DNA from: Stramenopiles sp. TOSAG23-2
Taxonomy: Eukaryota
DNA: 59,699 nt
Assembly: GCA_900128395.1 (NCBI GenBank)
Contig: LT649253.1
Span: 1-59,699, forward strand
Direction: 5' to 3'
The notes below the pieces were generated by a model that made no database searches, was not told the DNA's origin, and saw only the letters and a list, made by a program, of their open reading frames with translations. A program made the position numbers and the translations under genes. Within the stretch, counting starts at the first letter, position 1; the number at the start of each line of letters is the position of its first letter. Below are positions 1-12,921 of the stretch, one piece after another.

Positions 1-55
1 ATGCTATTGGGGTATGTACTCCCCTTGTTGCTTTATTTTTCTCCTGCATCGTTGC
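1..55 (-). repeat. Displaced inverted copy of 55 bp of the VPS13-like gene (probable chimeric junction)
   Basis: 1-55 is the exact reverse complement of 3013-3067 (and of 3113-3167), fused directly to an unrelated ORF fragment at 56. Confidence 0.9.
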
Positions 56-56
56 A

Positions 57-362
57 TTAACACGAAATGATGATGCAAAATCAGTTAGTAATGGTAAACT
101 CAATATATTAGGAGATAGTCGTAATGGTGCATTTAGCAAAGACAACAACAACAACAACAATAATAATAATAATAATAATAATAATATGAATATCAGCAAC
201 AATAGTCCAATAAATGAAAGAAAACGTAATGATGAAGAAGAAGATAAAAACGATAATAATAATGCGAATAATAATAATCATGATATTGGTAATGGATTTG
301 GTGTGCAAACACCAAAAAGAAAAAAAAATGAATTTAGATCAAGTAGCCCTGATCAATTGTAA
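57..362 (+). CDS. 3' end of an Asn-rich low-complexity protein, 5'-truncated
   Basis: Open frame LTRNDDAKSVSNGKLNILGDSRNGAFSKDNNNNN...RSSPDQL to TAA at 360-362; poly-Asn style matches other genes in the window; no start codon. Confidence 0.55.
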   Translation, partial: LTRNDDAKSVSNGKLNILGDSRNGAFSKDNNNNNNNNNNNNNNMNISNNSPINERKRNDEEEDKNDNNNANNNNHDIGNGFGVQTPKRKKNEFRSSSPDQL

Positions 363-838
363 TACATATATATATATATATATATAGTTGATAAAATCTA
401 TGATATGGTACCAGCATGATAAAAAGTGCAGTTTTAATCACTTTGGCTTGCAGCATCTCTACATGTTTCGTTGACCCATTATGTGCTTCCTATTTCCTTT
501 TTGGTGGAAAATTTGAACAATTTTTTGAATTCATGTTTTAGGAACGACCACTTGTATATCATGGAAATAATTTCAACAACAGTAACTATCTATTCATTTT
601 TGAATGAACATGCAGTATTGAAATCGATTTTGCAACTTGCACACTTCCTTAGCAATTTTATAATATCTTATGAAACAAATGGCTAAAGGAAAGTACACCT
701 ATGTGGTCGTCAAGTAAACAAAATATATATCTATAATTTGCAAAAAAACAATAGTTCTAATAGTAACCAGTGTTATTTTTTGATTGGAATATAATAATAA
801 CCCTAATCCTATTCTTCTAACTTATACGAAAACATCAT

Positions 839-1009
839 ATATAGTCGATGACGTTAATAATGGCGATTTGAAATATTTAAATTATTTTGTTTTTTCACTT
901 TTGTTTTGTACTATAGCATAATAATAGTACAGTGATTACACATATGATTTCAGTAAAAAAACAATTAAAATATATATAATTTTGCCATTATTAACACCAT
1001 CGACTATAT
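839..1009. mobile_element. Degenerate MITE-like element (~165 bp, ~26-bp terminal inverted repeats, TA flanks)
   Basis: Left ATATAGTCGATGACGTTAATAATGGC matches the reverse complement of right GCCATTATTAACACCATCGACTATAT with 2 mismatches; weaker symmetry continues inward; non-coding. Confidence 0.6.
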
Positions 1010-1638
1010 GAATATACACTTAATTAATTACACTTAATTAATTATTAGTTATATCAATTATTATTTTAAATTTAAATACAAAACTATTGCTAGGCATGTT
1101 TTTTAGTATACTAATTATTAGTATGAACACAGCGGGTAAATAGATAAAATAATTTATACTTGGAAAAATCTTCTCTTCTCATTTTTTTTTTTTCCAATAA
1201 ATTTTTATAATTATTTTAATAACTTTTTCTTTTATTTAATATAAAAATACAAATTACATGATACAGAGCAACTTCGAACACATGTATTTCTAATAGAAGG
1301 TTCATTTCAAGAGAAGATATATAGATATATTAGATCATTATTACTTGGACAAAATAGTACGATAATTTATATCCAGTGATAATTTATTACACACACACAT
1401 ATATATATAGTAGAAGAATTTATATTTTTTTTGGACATTAATTAATTAATTAATTACTTTTCTTAAAGGAAATTTGTTTACGATATACAACTGAAAAAAA
1501 CCGTTTATTATATATAAAAAATATTTATAAATATATATATATATACACACACACACATCGATCCAACTAATTCTTGTGAAGAACTCTACATACATATAGA
1601 TAGGTAGATAAAAAAATCGTAAAATAAAGCAAGGAGCA

Positions 1639-4600
1639 ATGTCCTCACCTTCATCTACACGTAGAAGAAGCAAAACTCCATCACCAGTCCAGGCAAAAAA
1701 ATCACCAAAAGATAAAACTAACAATTATCAAAATGTATTATCAAATGTGATAAAAGAAGGTATTTTGCAAAGAAAAAAAATGTTTGGATGGGTTAAATAC
1801 AGATATGTTTTAAGAGAAAACGATTTGAGGCGTTATAGCACTAAAGCGTATAGAAATGCGATGAAAATATATCCAATTAATAGTGATTGCCACATACAAC
1901 AAACAGGTGACTGTGAATTTACGGTCAAACACAAAAAACATACGCTTCACTTAAAAGCGAAAACGCCACGGGAACGGGACGACTGGGTGGAAGCATTGCA
2001 TACACAAACTATAGATGGTAGCCAAATATTCATATCAAAAGAAGCTCAAGCTGAAAAAAACTTTAGAGATAATCAAGAACAGAGGAAACGACGGGTATCA
2101 GCAAAACGTAACAGTGTTATAGCAAATTTACAAACATATGATAAACGGGAAGTTGGAAGCCCAAAACCATTGACTCAACTAGACTCAGTTGCAACAAATA
2201 TAAAGCATACACGTGGTCGTATGAAAAGCCTTTCTGCTGGATCAAGTGAAGATGTTGATGTGGGAAGACTATCACCAGAATTAAGCGCAGTAAATACACC
2301 TATTGATACTACACAACGCGCATATTTAAGAAGGAGAAGTCGCAGTATAATACGTTCTAGTACGGTTGAAGCATGGGATGAAGATGATGTTGAGAAAACA
2401 AAGCGTGAAAACGATGATAAAGTAAAAAAAGCGAAAAAACAACCAATGGATTATAAATCATTAGGCATTAAGTTGACATGCGGGTTACTTGCTGCATTGC
2501 TTTTGTTTTACTTTTCTTACTATGCGTTATATGTGACATGGTATGGATATCGTGTTACTGCTGTCATAACTTACTATACCATTTGGTGTTCCATCATTTT
2601 TCCAATCGTGTTGTATTTCTCTGGCAATATATTGTTACGAATGTTATTTAATATTCCCGGTTTGAATTTTGTAGATCCTGAACTTGCATTCCATTTTGAT
2701 ATTGGAAAACAACGATTAAAAATAGTTAATTTAACACTGCTAAAGAAAAGCATACAATTTCTTGGCATAGAGTCAAATGGATTACAATTTCAATCGTTAA
2801 GTATCCAAGAAATATCGTTGTGTTTCCCTGTAACAAATGCATTGAAAGGAATTTCTATTGGTGTTGGTGGTATATATGCCAATATTAAACCATTATCACG
2901 GGGTGATTGGGAAGTCGTGAAGGACGGGTATATTAGTAGTGACAAAGCTTTGTCAAAATATTTAGCAGATGCAACAGTTGCTGCACTAGATGCTAAACTA
3001 AAAGTATTCAAAGCAACGATGCAGGAGAAAAATAAAGCAACAAGGGGAGTACATACCCCAATAGCATCGTGGAAGATAATGGTAGATGATATTATTGATA
3101 CGTTAGAATTAAGCAACGATGCAGGAGAAAAATAAAGCAACAAGGGGAGTACATACCCCAATAGCATCGTGGAAGATAATGGTAGATGATATTATTGATA
3201 CGTTAGAATTAACTATTCAAAATACTGCAATACGAATTGTTGCACCAACAAGAAATCATGAAGCTGAGATAGGAATTGAAATTAGCAAAATTGGATTAGC
3301 TAAGGTGAAAGGGGAAAATAGAGAAAAGCGCTTACGTGTTTTTGCAATCGAGGATTTATGCATACGAGCAAATTACAATGAAAAAAAAGGCGAAGACGAA
3401 GTAACATCAGAAGAGAATAAAAACAAAAATAATGCCACGTTCGAAGAGAAAGTAGATCAAAATAATGATGGTCAAAACGTAGCAGATCATTACGATGATG
3501 AGATATTTGATCCTATTACAATATCGATATCATTAGCGTTGCCACCAGTCATGCAAGTATTAATGGAACCATTGGCAAATTTGAAAGAAGGTGTTGAAAA
3601 GAATATAATTACATCGATTGAAATATCATCGATTCATTTGAAATTAAATCCCATTCATTTTAAAGTCATATCAATAATTACCGAAGTTATGGCCCAATAC
3701 ACTACCTATCAAAATAAACAATATGTAAAATATAAAAATTCAATGGTCTCAGTCAGAAGAAACGAAATAGCAACGTACAAAACAAATTATCGAAAATTCA
3801 AGGCACTCGATGCATCAAAATCAGAGAAGCAAACGCTACAAACACAATTAAGTATCATAGAAGAACGTATGACACACGATCAAATTATATTGGCAAGATG
3901 GGATGCAGAGAATTGGGAAATTCCAAGTCTACGAAAATTTGCACATGCCGAATCGATGTTGACAAACGAGCAAAAAATGCTCGTCTTGCAAGATTTTTTG
4001 TATAACAGACCAATGCTAGATTATAGTTCGGATAATAGAATTGAGGAAAATTCAAAGATGATGGACTGTGTTTTATTGACATTGCATTTGGATAATATTA
4101 TCCTTGATGTTCATAATAGTAAGGTAAAAGAAGAAGGCTTCAGTGTTTGCGTAGATGAGGTTTCAGTCCATGCCAGGTTGCATTTGATAGAACGCAATCA
4201 CGAAAGCATTGCTACGTCGGCTAAAATTAGTGTAAAGAGATTGCAACTAGAAAATTTCCAAGAAAAACAATTTGAATTACAATACCCATCTACAATTTGT
4301 AAACATGTTTCTGATACAGATGATTCTTTTTCAAATTTAATTGTTATTGATTACATGGCTTATTTTTCTGGTAGAAGTGACATTAAAGTAAGCTTGAAAG
4401 GTTTAAATCTGATTATTGGTGCACGGACACTGGAGATTATCATGTCATCCGTCAACAGTTTATTAGAACCATTTAGTACCTCTAGCGATGTGCCAAGTTC
4501 GAAGAACGACGATGAAGAAGTAGTAGTAGACATCAATAATGACGAGGAGCCGGATCCATCTTTTATGGAGGAGGAAACCGTTAGTGGAGGATTTATGGGT

Positions 4601-7600
4601 GGTAGTGATATAATGGTCAACATCTCTGTGAAAAACATTAATATTTTCTTGCTTGAAAACGTTCATGAGGTAGTCCCAGCTGCTTTTGTTTTTACGTTAA
4701 ATTTACAAGCTGGAATTGACAGTTCGTTACGAGAGGAGACTATATCACTAGAGCTGAAAGATACAAGCTTTAGACAATGTGTTGTTAACAGTCATGATGA
4801 GAAGGTAGGAACGTCTCATTGGCATAGCGTTCAGTTTAAATATTCACGCGCTGCGTCATTATTGGATTTTGCTGGAGACGATGTAGATTTATGCGCATAT
4901 GTCCATTCGTATTCGGACGTCAATTCAAGAGATGGAGAACACTCTGTTTTTTTGAAAATGGAAGATTTAGATATAAAACTTTCTATATCGCAAATATTTA
5001 CGCTGAATTCATACATTGCAAATGTTACCGATGCAATTGGGTCGGATGAGGATCCTGCGAAGAAATCGAAGGAAATGCAAATGGAAAAAGCGAGACGAAC
5101 ACAAATTATAAAGGAACTTTCAAATAAACGAAAACAACAAATGTTAGATTCATTTGAATCAATTGACGAGGACAATGATGGGGTTTTAACGGTTGGTGAG
5201 TTTGAACGCATGTTAATGACATCGTTTCCAAACAAATTGCTCAATAGCGAATATAAGAATTTAACGTTCACCATGTTTACTATTTTAGATGAAGACGACG
5301 ACAGTGAAATATCATTTGAAGAATTTAAATCTGCCATGGAAGATAATACGTTATTCGAAGCATATTGCGATATTAATTTAAAATGCCATGAATATGCAGG
5401 TTCTGATTTTGTTGTACCTGGGCAGAAGCAAAATACCATATTTTTAAACCGTATACCATCACTTTCGATAGTTTCGAATAGATCTTCTTCCTTGTCTTCT
5501 GGCGGACAAAATAGCGGCAAGCAAAAGCAAAGAAACGTGGACGAGAAAGAGCAAGAAGATCGCTTTTGGGATATTTTAATGAAAGAGGGTGTTGTAAATA
5601 GAGAAAAATCAATTCAAGGGCAGAATCTGATAGATGTACAGAGAAAAATGGTGAGGGCATGCCGACACTACGAGTATGCTCGCTATGCATGGATGAATTA
5701 TTTGTCGCCAGCTTTAATAGAAAAACAAGAAATCGATTATGGGAGGGATGAAATATGGCAATTGAAGCCATCATCAGATAGTGGCGCTATCAATGTTAAA
5801 GATTTATTCAACGTCGTTAATACATATACTGGGGAACAGAGAAAAATATCTACTGATACGGTCGCTCGTGCGGCTAAACCATTTCGAATGGCAATGTCGG
5901 TAACGATGGACATAGGAGGGATATATATCAGCCTGATTGACTTGAACATTCCAATGCCAGTCCCAGCACTAGAAATTGTAGTGGATTCCATTGAAGTGGA
6001 TTTAAGTTCGCGATACAATGAAGATCATGACATAGACGTATGGAAGGGGCATATTTATTGCTTATTGTATGCAAATTATTACAATAATCTAAGCTGTCAC
6101 CAAGAGCCGTTGATTGAAAATGCACCGATTTCTATTATGTTGAGCGAATATTCACCAAAATACAAACAGAATCATGCAAACCATGTTCATGTTGATGGTG
6201 ATGTTGACAGCGAAAGTGAAGATGAAGAAGCAGAAGAAGATATACTCGATTCCTCCTTTATTGGTGATGTTGTGAATGAGGAAAATAGACCACCAGTGAC
6301 GATGGTCGAAGTTGCTGTCGCACCTTTACGAATCAATGGTTCATTAATGTTAACCCAGTTGATTGATGAGTTAAACAAAGCTTTTGCAGGGCATACAGTG
6401 TCTTCGTATGATAATTTGCGCCATTCTAATGATATTGGTGATTATGGCGGTTTTTATATTTTGAACAATTTGAAGGAGAAAATGTCTGTTACGTGTTTAA
6501 AGGAAGATGTAACACTTAAAAGACTTCGTACTAGTACCTCCAATTCAACTACTTTGCCATCATCGTTTGTTGATCGTGATGGAGTAGGGCAAAAAGACGA
6601 AATTGAAGAGAAAAGTAATGATGTAGTTGAATCGAGCGTAGTTACAGGCAATGGCGTTAAAACAAACAACGACGCTTTGATGGATCCAAAAAATACGGTA
6701 ACTACAGCAAGTTCAGATTTATGCCCATGTCCATTCTTAACAAAAACAATTAATGGTGCGAGTTCATTAAAGCAAAAAAGTATCCGGAACACCTTTAATA
6801 AATACGATGATGACGACACAGGATTGATCACATGCAGTGAAGGGGAAGAAGTTATGTATGATATCTTAAACATATTTAAGATTCCATTCGAAGGACACGA
6901 AGACACCATTAGGGATGCAATCGAAAAAGCAGATGGCAACATGTCTCGCCAAATATCAATGCTTGAATTCAACGATGCCGTAGCAATTTTGATAAAAAAA
7001 TTAGGCATGAACAAGAACCGGTATACTCTTAACATCCATGGTTTCCATTACTCAAACATCCAAACACCAATAAATTCTCAAACTTTTGCGTACGAATGTG
7101 ATGCTTTGAAAGATAATGGCAAAGTTGACGCGATGTCTGCTATAGTGATTCAGCACGAAGAAAGATCCGAGGTTGGGACGGTTTTGCGTTTTAAATCGAT
7201 TTTAACAATTACGCATAAACTCCATTTCCAGACAGACAAAGAATATCTTAATATTATGCTTAAATTAGGCGATGAAAGCAAAGTATTCAAGCTAAACAAA
7301 GAAGTAGATTCTTTGCACGTTCCATTTAAATGGGTAAGTGCAAAAACACAAATGTTGATACAATTTACTAAGGATGAAAATTGGCGCGCAATAGGTGTCA
7401 AAAAAGGCGGATTTCAATTCTTGGAAAAAAAAAGCGTGGGTTATGATCCAATTTTTGCAACTGGGATTGATGGAGCAAATGTCTTACTTACGCATCTTCC
7501 AGCTGATAATAACGTGGACATTAAGTTATGGACAATTTCCATATTACCACAAATCAAGTTTAGAAATGATCTACCTGTTCCTATATTTATAAAAGTAAAC

Positions 7601-10600
7601 CACAATGTGCATGGTCAAGATGAACAAGACCAACCAATAATTTCAGTGAAGGGTGGAAGTGTTGCATCTGTGTATGGAATAGATGTTGGCAACTACACTA
7701 ATGTTGACCTAAAAATAGCCTTGTATCGCCCTTCGAAGAGGAAGAAGAAACGGAGGAAAGGGTATATAGTGGAAAACAAAGTGTTAGTGGAGGAAGATTT
7801 ACCAGAAGGTATTAAATTCTCCCAAGATGCAAGATTTAAAATCAATAAAGACAAGATTGCAAGTAGTCCTCATGTCGGGTTTAAAATAGCAGGAGAAGTG
7901 AATGAAAGTATTCGAATTGATGGTGAGTGGCTCAACGACGATGCGCCAATGATCTTGCTTTCCTCACTTTTCTGGTTCAAAAATTTAACTGGATTACCAT
8001 TAGAGTGCAAGCTGAAAACACAAAAAACGAGACTGGCTGACGATGATGGTGGAGAGAAGATAGAAGGCGAGAAAGTAAACTTTCAGTTGACTGGAGAAAA
8101 TTATATTTTTATTGATAAACCTACCGAAGGTGCAACGTTAAAATGTAAAATCAAACCGTATGACAGAAAGAAAAGCAAAAAAATGATACACGCAGAATAT
8201 GCAGATAATACTAAAACATTCACGGAGTATACCGAAATGTACGCTGGTTATTGGTATGAAGCGTACGGTAGGATACCGAAGAATAGTAAAATACGAACAA
8301 AGACAGGAATTTTCAATTTTTATACTTTCCCATTATGGGAGCCTATGAATATGTACATGCCAGTCACGATACTCCCAATGTATGTCGTCCAGAATAATTT
8401 GCCGTTTCCAATTGATGTGTTTGCAGGAAATTTATTTCGCGACAATCGCGACAATGAGGAACATGCTTGCTTTAACTTAAAGCCCGGGGAAAACTGCCCT
8501 ATCTATCGGTTTTTCAATCTTCGCAAAGGCGATGGACCGAAAGTTGCTATTCGGGCGACAAATCGCGAAGGAAGTGTCTTAACGTGGAATGAACCAGTTC
8601 CGATAGTATATAATGAAAACCTTGTTGGCGAGTCAAAATTTTTATATGTACAAAAAGATTCAAATCCAAACAATAGGTCAATATGTCGAGCGTCTATAGG
8701 ATTTGATGAGACTGGATATAATTATAATACAATTTTCTTATGTTTTGACATTGCAAAAGCACCATATCGCATAGAGAATAGATCATGCACTCAAACATTG
8801 TTTTACTGGCAGTATAAGCATGAGCATGATATACGAGAAATTCTACCAATGCAATACCGAGATTTTGTGCTCCCTCACCCTTCTGGTAAGCCTATTATAT
8901 GTGTTGCCCAAGCAAAAGCGGCAAAAGGGGAGAAGAAGATGGAAGCGAAAGATCTGCAATCTACTCGGGTGGATGTCGATAAAATAGATACACTGTACCA
9001 AGTCCGTGGCGCTAAACATCATTGCTATTTTAAAGTAAAAGCAGATGGTTTTGTAAAAGTTTTATGCATGGGTGATAGTCATTATGTTGCAATTGAAGAT
9101 GAAGAGCATGCCGTCGAAGAATTGATGTTGTCTAAAAATTATCGATTGGATTTACAAATCGGTGCCATTATTATAGCTGTTGCAGATATCGTGGAAGACA
9201 AGGACTACAGGGAGAAGAAGTTACCAAAAAAATATCCGCGAGAACTTGTGGAAATTAGTCTAAATGAGATTCAATTGCAAGTTTACAATAATTCTTGGAG
9301 GTTGAAGATGGTGCATTTACAAGCTGATGATCTTCGGGTCGACACACAATTGCCAGCCGTGATTGAGCCAGTAATGACCGGATATAATACGTGTAGAATT
9401 CCAGGATATGATCCAAGCATGCCATTAATACCAGCATTGGAAGTGAAATATGATTATTTCAAACCATTAGGTTCGACTAGTGACAAGGTTATGGTAAAAA
9501 GTGGCATTATCGAAATTGCAGATTTAAATTTAAATGTTGAGCTGGGATATATTATGAATAACGTTTGCGACACGTATTGGAAATTAAATTTGTTTTACCC
9601 GCTACCACTTGACCTAAGAATCGCAGCGATTGACGAGCTGAATAGAGCATGTGCAGAGATGGTGAAGCCATACCTCCCTTCGCAATCGGATGAAATGACG
9701 TACTTTGAATTTTTCGGTATGCCAGCCTTCCGTATTTCTCTATCCCTTTTGAATAATGTAGAAACAGACGATAAATCACAACCAGGTGGTTTATCTTCCA
9801 TTTTAGGAAAAGGTTTAGGGGGTGTTCTAGGTGGTGTTGTTGGTGATTTAGATATAAATATCTCGCTAAGCCAAATTAAACGCAAAAACGAGTTTTTGAC
9901 TCAAACTGACATGATTTGGGATACAATTAATAGTTATACTCGCGATATCCAGAGGCAAATTTTGCAAATTGTTTTCCATGCTGAAATATTTGGCGATGTT
10001 ATGGGCCTTGCAGAAGGGCTGCAACTTGGATTTAAATCCGCCGGTGAAAATTTAATGAAAGGGAAAGGGCTATCAGCTATAAAAAAGATGGGAATGACAG
10101 TTGGGCAAGGTGCGGTTGGTGGCGCATTCAATACGCTTGGCCATGTAACAAATGCCGCTGGAAATACAGTGAAAAAAATAACCAATTTTACAGACATGGA
10201 AGAGAAAGAGGACCCAGCATGGGTAGGCCAAGGAATTAGCCAAGGCATGAAAGTGCTTGGTAAAAGTATCGCACAAGGGGTAGCTGGTATTGTAATGCAA
10301 CCATACAAAGGTGCTAAGGCGCATGGGCCGAAAGGATTCGTCAAAGGCCTCGCGAAAGGTGTCATGTCATTGCCTGCTGGTTTTGTGATTGGGGGTCTAG
10401 GATTCGTGGAGAAAGTTGCAGTCGGGGTCAACAATACAACACATTTACGCGACCAAATGTTCTTAGTTGGTACCAGAAGGCCATACAGAACGTTATTGGA
10501 GCAGAAAGGTGACGGATCGCATGTTATTCACCCAATTAAAAGCGTGCTAGAGTGTCCAGAGACTTTATCTGGCGTGATGATTTACATACGCAGCTGTATA

Positions 10601-11419
10601 GTTGCGCAGAGGATATTAGACGAAGGATCCAAAAGATCTAAATATTATCTGAAAATTGAAGCATATGATATGAATGATAAAGGCGATGAGGGCGATGGCT
10701 TTGACATTGTTGGTGGGATTAAAAGTGGATTCAAGAAATTAAGCTCGAGGTCCTCTGTGGCGATAGGCAACGATCTAAATAAAGCAAATGTTAACGCAGC
10801 AAGTCTGGGTAAAAACAAAAACATCAGGAAATTCACACCATTTTTCTCCAAATCAACACCAGCGAAACCTGCATTGAATGGAATGATCATGGATACTAAC
10901 TTTACTATTGACATGTCGAAAAACTTTGTTGTTCGAGAAGATAAATTTACGAAAACGGTATATTGTACATCGGTGCCAAAAGTATGGTTTGAAATTAAAT
11001 TATTCCGCAAAAGGGTTGGGAAGAAAGATGATCTTTGTGCAAGGAAAACTATGTTCAATACGCATATTACGGAACAGTTTATGCCTCTTGAACGTGACTT
11101 GTTTACCCATCTTGGGAATGATACAACCAAAGCAAAAGCATGGAATACGATTCAAGCAAAAGAGGCAGATATGTATGGGAACAAAAGCGGTGGTGAGAAA
11201 GGTGGATGGATAAGCTTAAGTGATCCGGCAATCGATATTAAACAAGGAAAACGATCTGCACCAAGTTCTACTACATTTGTCGATAAGAAAGAGATATTGA
11301 AACTGAGAGAAGGGGAAAGCTTCCAAGATACTAGGATTTTAATCGATGGTGTCTTTTGGCGAGAACGAAATCATACATCCTCAAAATTGTTTATGGATTT
11401 GAATAAAAAAATATTGTAA
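1639..11419 (+). CDS. VPS13: VPS13-family bridge-like lipid transfer protein with N-terminal PH domain, TM segments and EF-hands (~3226 aa after removing the 100-bp duplication)
   Basis: ORFs 1639-3135 and 3119-11419 join in frame if one copy of 3011-3110 is removed. PH (VIKEGILQRK...KAKTPRERDDWVEAL), hydrophobic segment ~2470-2640, EF loops DEDNDGVLTVGEF, DEDDDSEISFEEF and DDDDTGLITCSE, VAB/SHR-BD-like repeats (PQIKFRNDLPVPI, PMYVVQNNLPFPI, PYRIENRS), Gly-rich ATG2/VPS13 C-terminal helices (GPKGFVKGLAKGV). Confidence 0.82.
3011..3212 (+). repeat. Exact 100-bp tandem duplication frameshifting the VPS13-like CDS
   Basis: 3011-3110 repeated at 3111-3210. Confidence 0.95.
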
Positions 11420-11739
11420 ATAATTAAAAGATATTGAAAAAAGAAAATAAAGTCCGGGGTATATATTTTATTATATATAATATATGTGTATAAAAAAGCT
11501 ATATATATTTTATTTTAAAACGTAAAGCTATTTTAAATAATAACTTTTTTTTTTGAGTATATGACACTCGTATTTTTTTGTTTTTTTGATTGATAAATTT
11601 GTGCCAGTGTGTGTATTTCTTCCAGATAAAATATCATTTGTACACACTATACATTGCAGATAGGAACAACAGGATACAATACAAAAAATATCTATCTATC
11701 TACACACATATATATATATATATACAACTCTCATCGGAC

Positions 11740-12114
11740 ATGTCGTCATTGCGACAAATCGTACTATTTGTAAGGAGAGGAATGCTAAATAATGCAATAG
11801 AATTTTATGGTGCAAGTGGTATTGGTTTAACACCATTGAGTGTAACAGAAACAACTGCGAAATTATATTCATCATCTGCTGTATCAAATGAGACACCAAT
11901 TTTAATAAAAGAGATAGATGGAAATGAAGCATTTTTAGCAACTGGTTATGGACCATTTTTGAATTTTGAAGTAGAGGATTTTGATATGAAAATACCAACG
12001 TTGATATCAATGGGTGCACAATTAGATGGTAAAATTGAATATACACCTGTTGCAAAAGTTGCATCATTACGAAGTCCTCATGGACATATGATAGGGTTAT
12101 TAGAGAAAATATAA
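11740..12114 (+). CDS. Glyoxalase/bleomycin-resistance (VOC) family protein, 124 aa
   Basis: MSSLRQIVLFV...AIEFYG...GYGPFLNFEVEDFD...LISMGAQLDGKIEY...KVASLRSPHGHMIGLLE, typical VOC beta-alpha-beta-beta-beta pattern; ATG at 11740. Confidence 0.85.
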   Translation: MSSLRQIVLFVRRGMLNNAIEFYGASGIGLTPLSVTETTAKLYSSSAVSNETPILIKEIDGNEAFLATGYGPFLNFEVEDFDMKIPTLISMGAQLDGKIEYTPVAKVASLRSPHGHMIGLLEKI

Positions 12115-12146
12115 AATTTTAAATGATTGATGTAAAAAAAAAAAAT

Positions 12147-12911
12147 AAAAATAGGATAATAATTTTTCAACATCTTTTTCACTTTCAATACCTAATGCAG
12201 CTAATATACTATCTGCTTTTGCAACTTTTCGATCTGCTTTTGATAATTGTTCTAATTTTTCCCTAGTTTCTGCATCAATTAAAAATCCTGCTTCTTGTGC
12301 TAATAATTGCAACATAATTTTTACTTTATATGTAGAAACAGGTGCTTTATTTGCTTCTTCTTCTGCTTGTTTTTTCGCTTCCTCTGTTTCCTCTTGTGTT
12401 TTCTCGCCACCTTGTGCTTGTTGTGCCATGCCTTTTGGTACTCTAGCAAATACATCCGTAGTAGGTGGTTGCCAATTTAATCCTAACAATTGCGAATGGA
12501 TAATTTCATCCGCTTTTAAAACACGTTCTACTAATCCTGCACTTTCTTCTTTATGCATATTCCATACTTCTTGATATGTTTCATTATCTGCAACTTCGAA
12601 ATGCCTAAATTTATTTTGTAAATCTTTATATTGTTTCGTTATACGACGATAATCTTCCGTTAATAATTGATTTTCCGCTTTATGTTCAGAATCTTGACTA
12701 TGGTATTTTTGTATTTGATTGGTCAATGCATCTTTTAAACGTGCTAATTTACGTTTTTGTTGCGACAATGTTGCTGAATTTTCCATATCACGTTCCGTTA
12801 ATACACGATAATTATATTCTAATTTTTCCGTATTCAATTGATAGGTAGCACGCATTTCTTCCAATTGTTGTTCTAACGTTTGTATATCTGTTTCCAATTT
12901 AATTTTTAATT
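12147..12911 (-). other. Displaced inverted 765-bp internal copy of DRC1 (no start codon, not its native 3' end)
   Basis: Reverse complement of 25270-26315 minus the 137-bp and 144-bp tandem duplications found there (1046-281=765). Confidence 0.9.
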
Positions 12912-12921
12912 ACATAATATT

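Noticed and set aside
640..696. Hairpin TTCCTTAGC...GCTAAGGAA as an ncRNA/SECIS
   Set aside because: Only a 9-bp core stem, no AUGA/GA quartet or snoRNA boxes, no other support
3011..3212. Programmed ribosomal frameshifting in the VPS13-like, QRICH2-like and DRC1 genes
   Set aside because: Each shift is exactly accounted for by a tandem duplication whose length is not a multiple of three; the second DRC1 copy lacks it
12100..12897. A second functional DRC1 paralogue
   Set aside because: Internal fragment matching the main copy, TTG pseudo-start, C-terminus read from unrelated A-rich sequence
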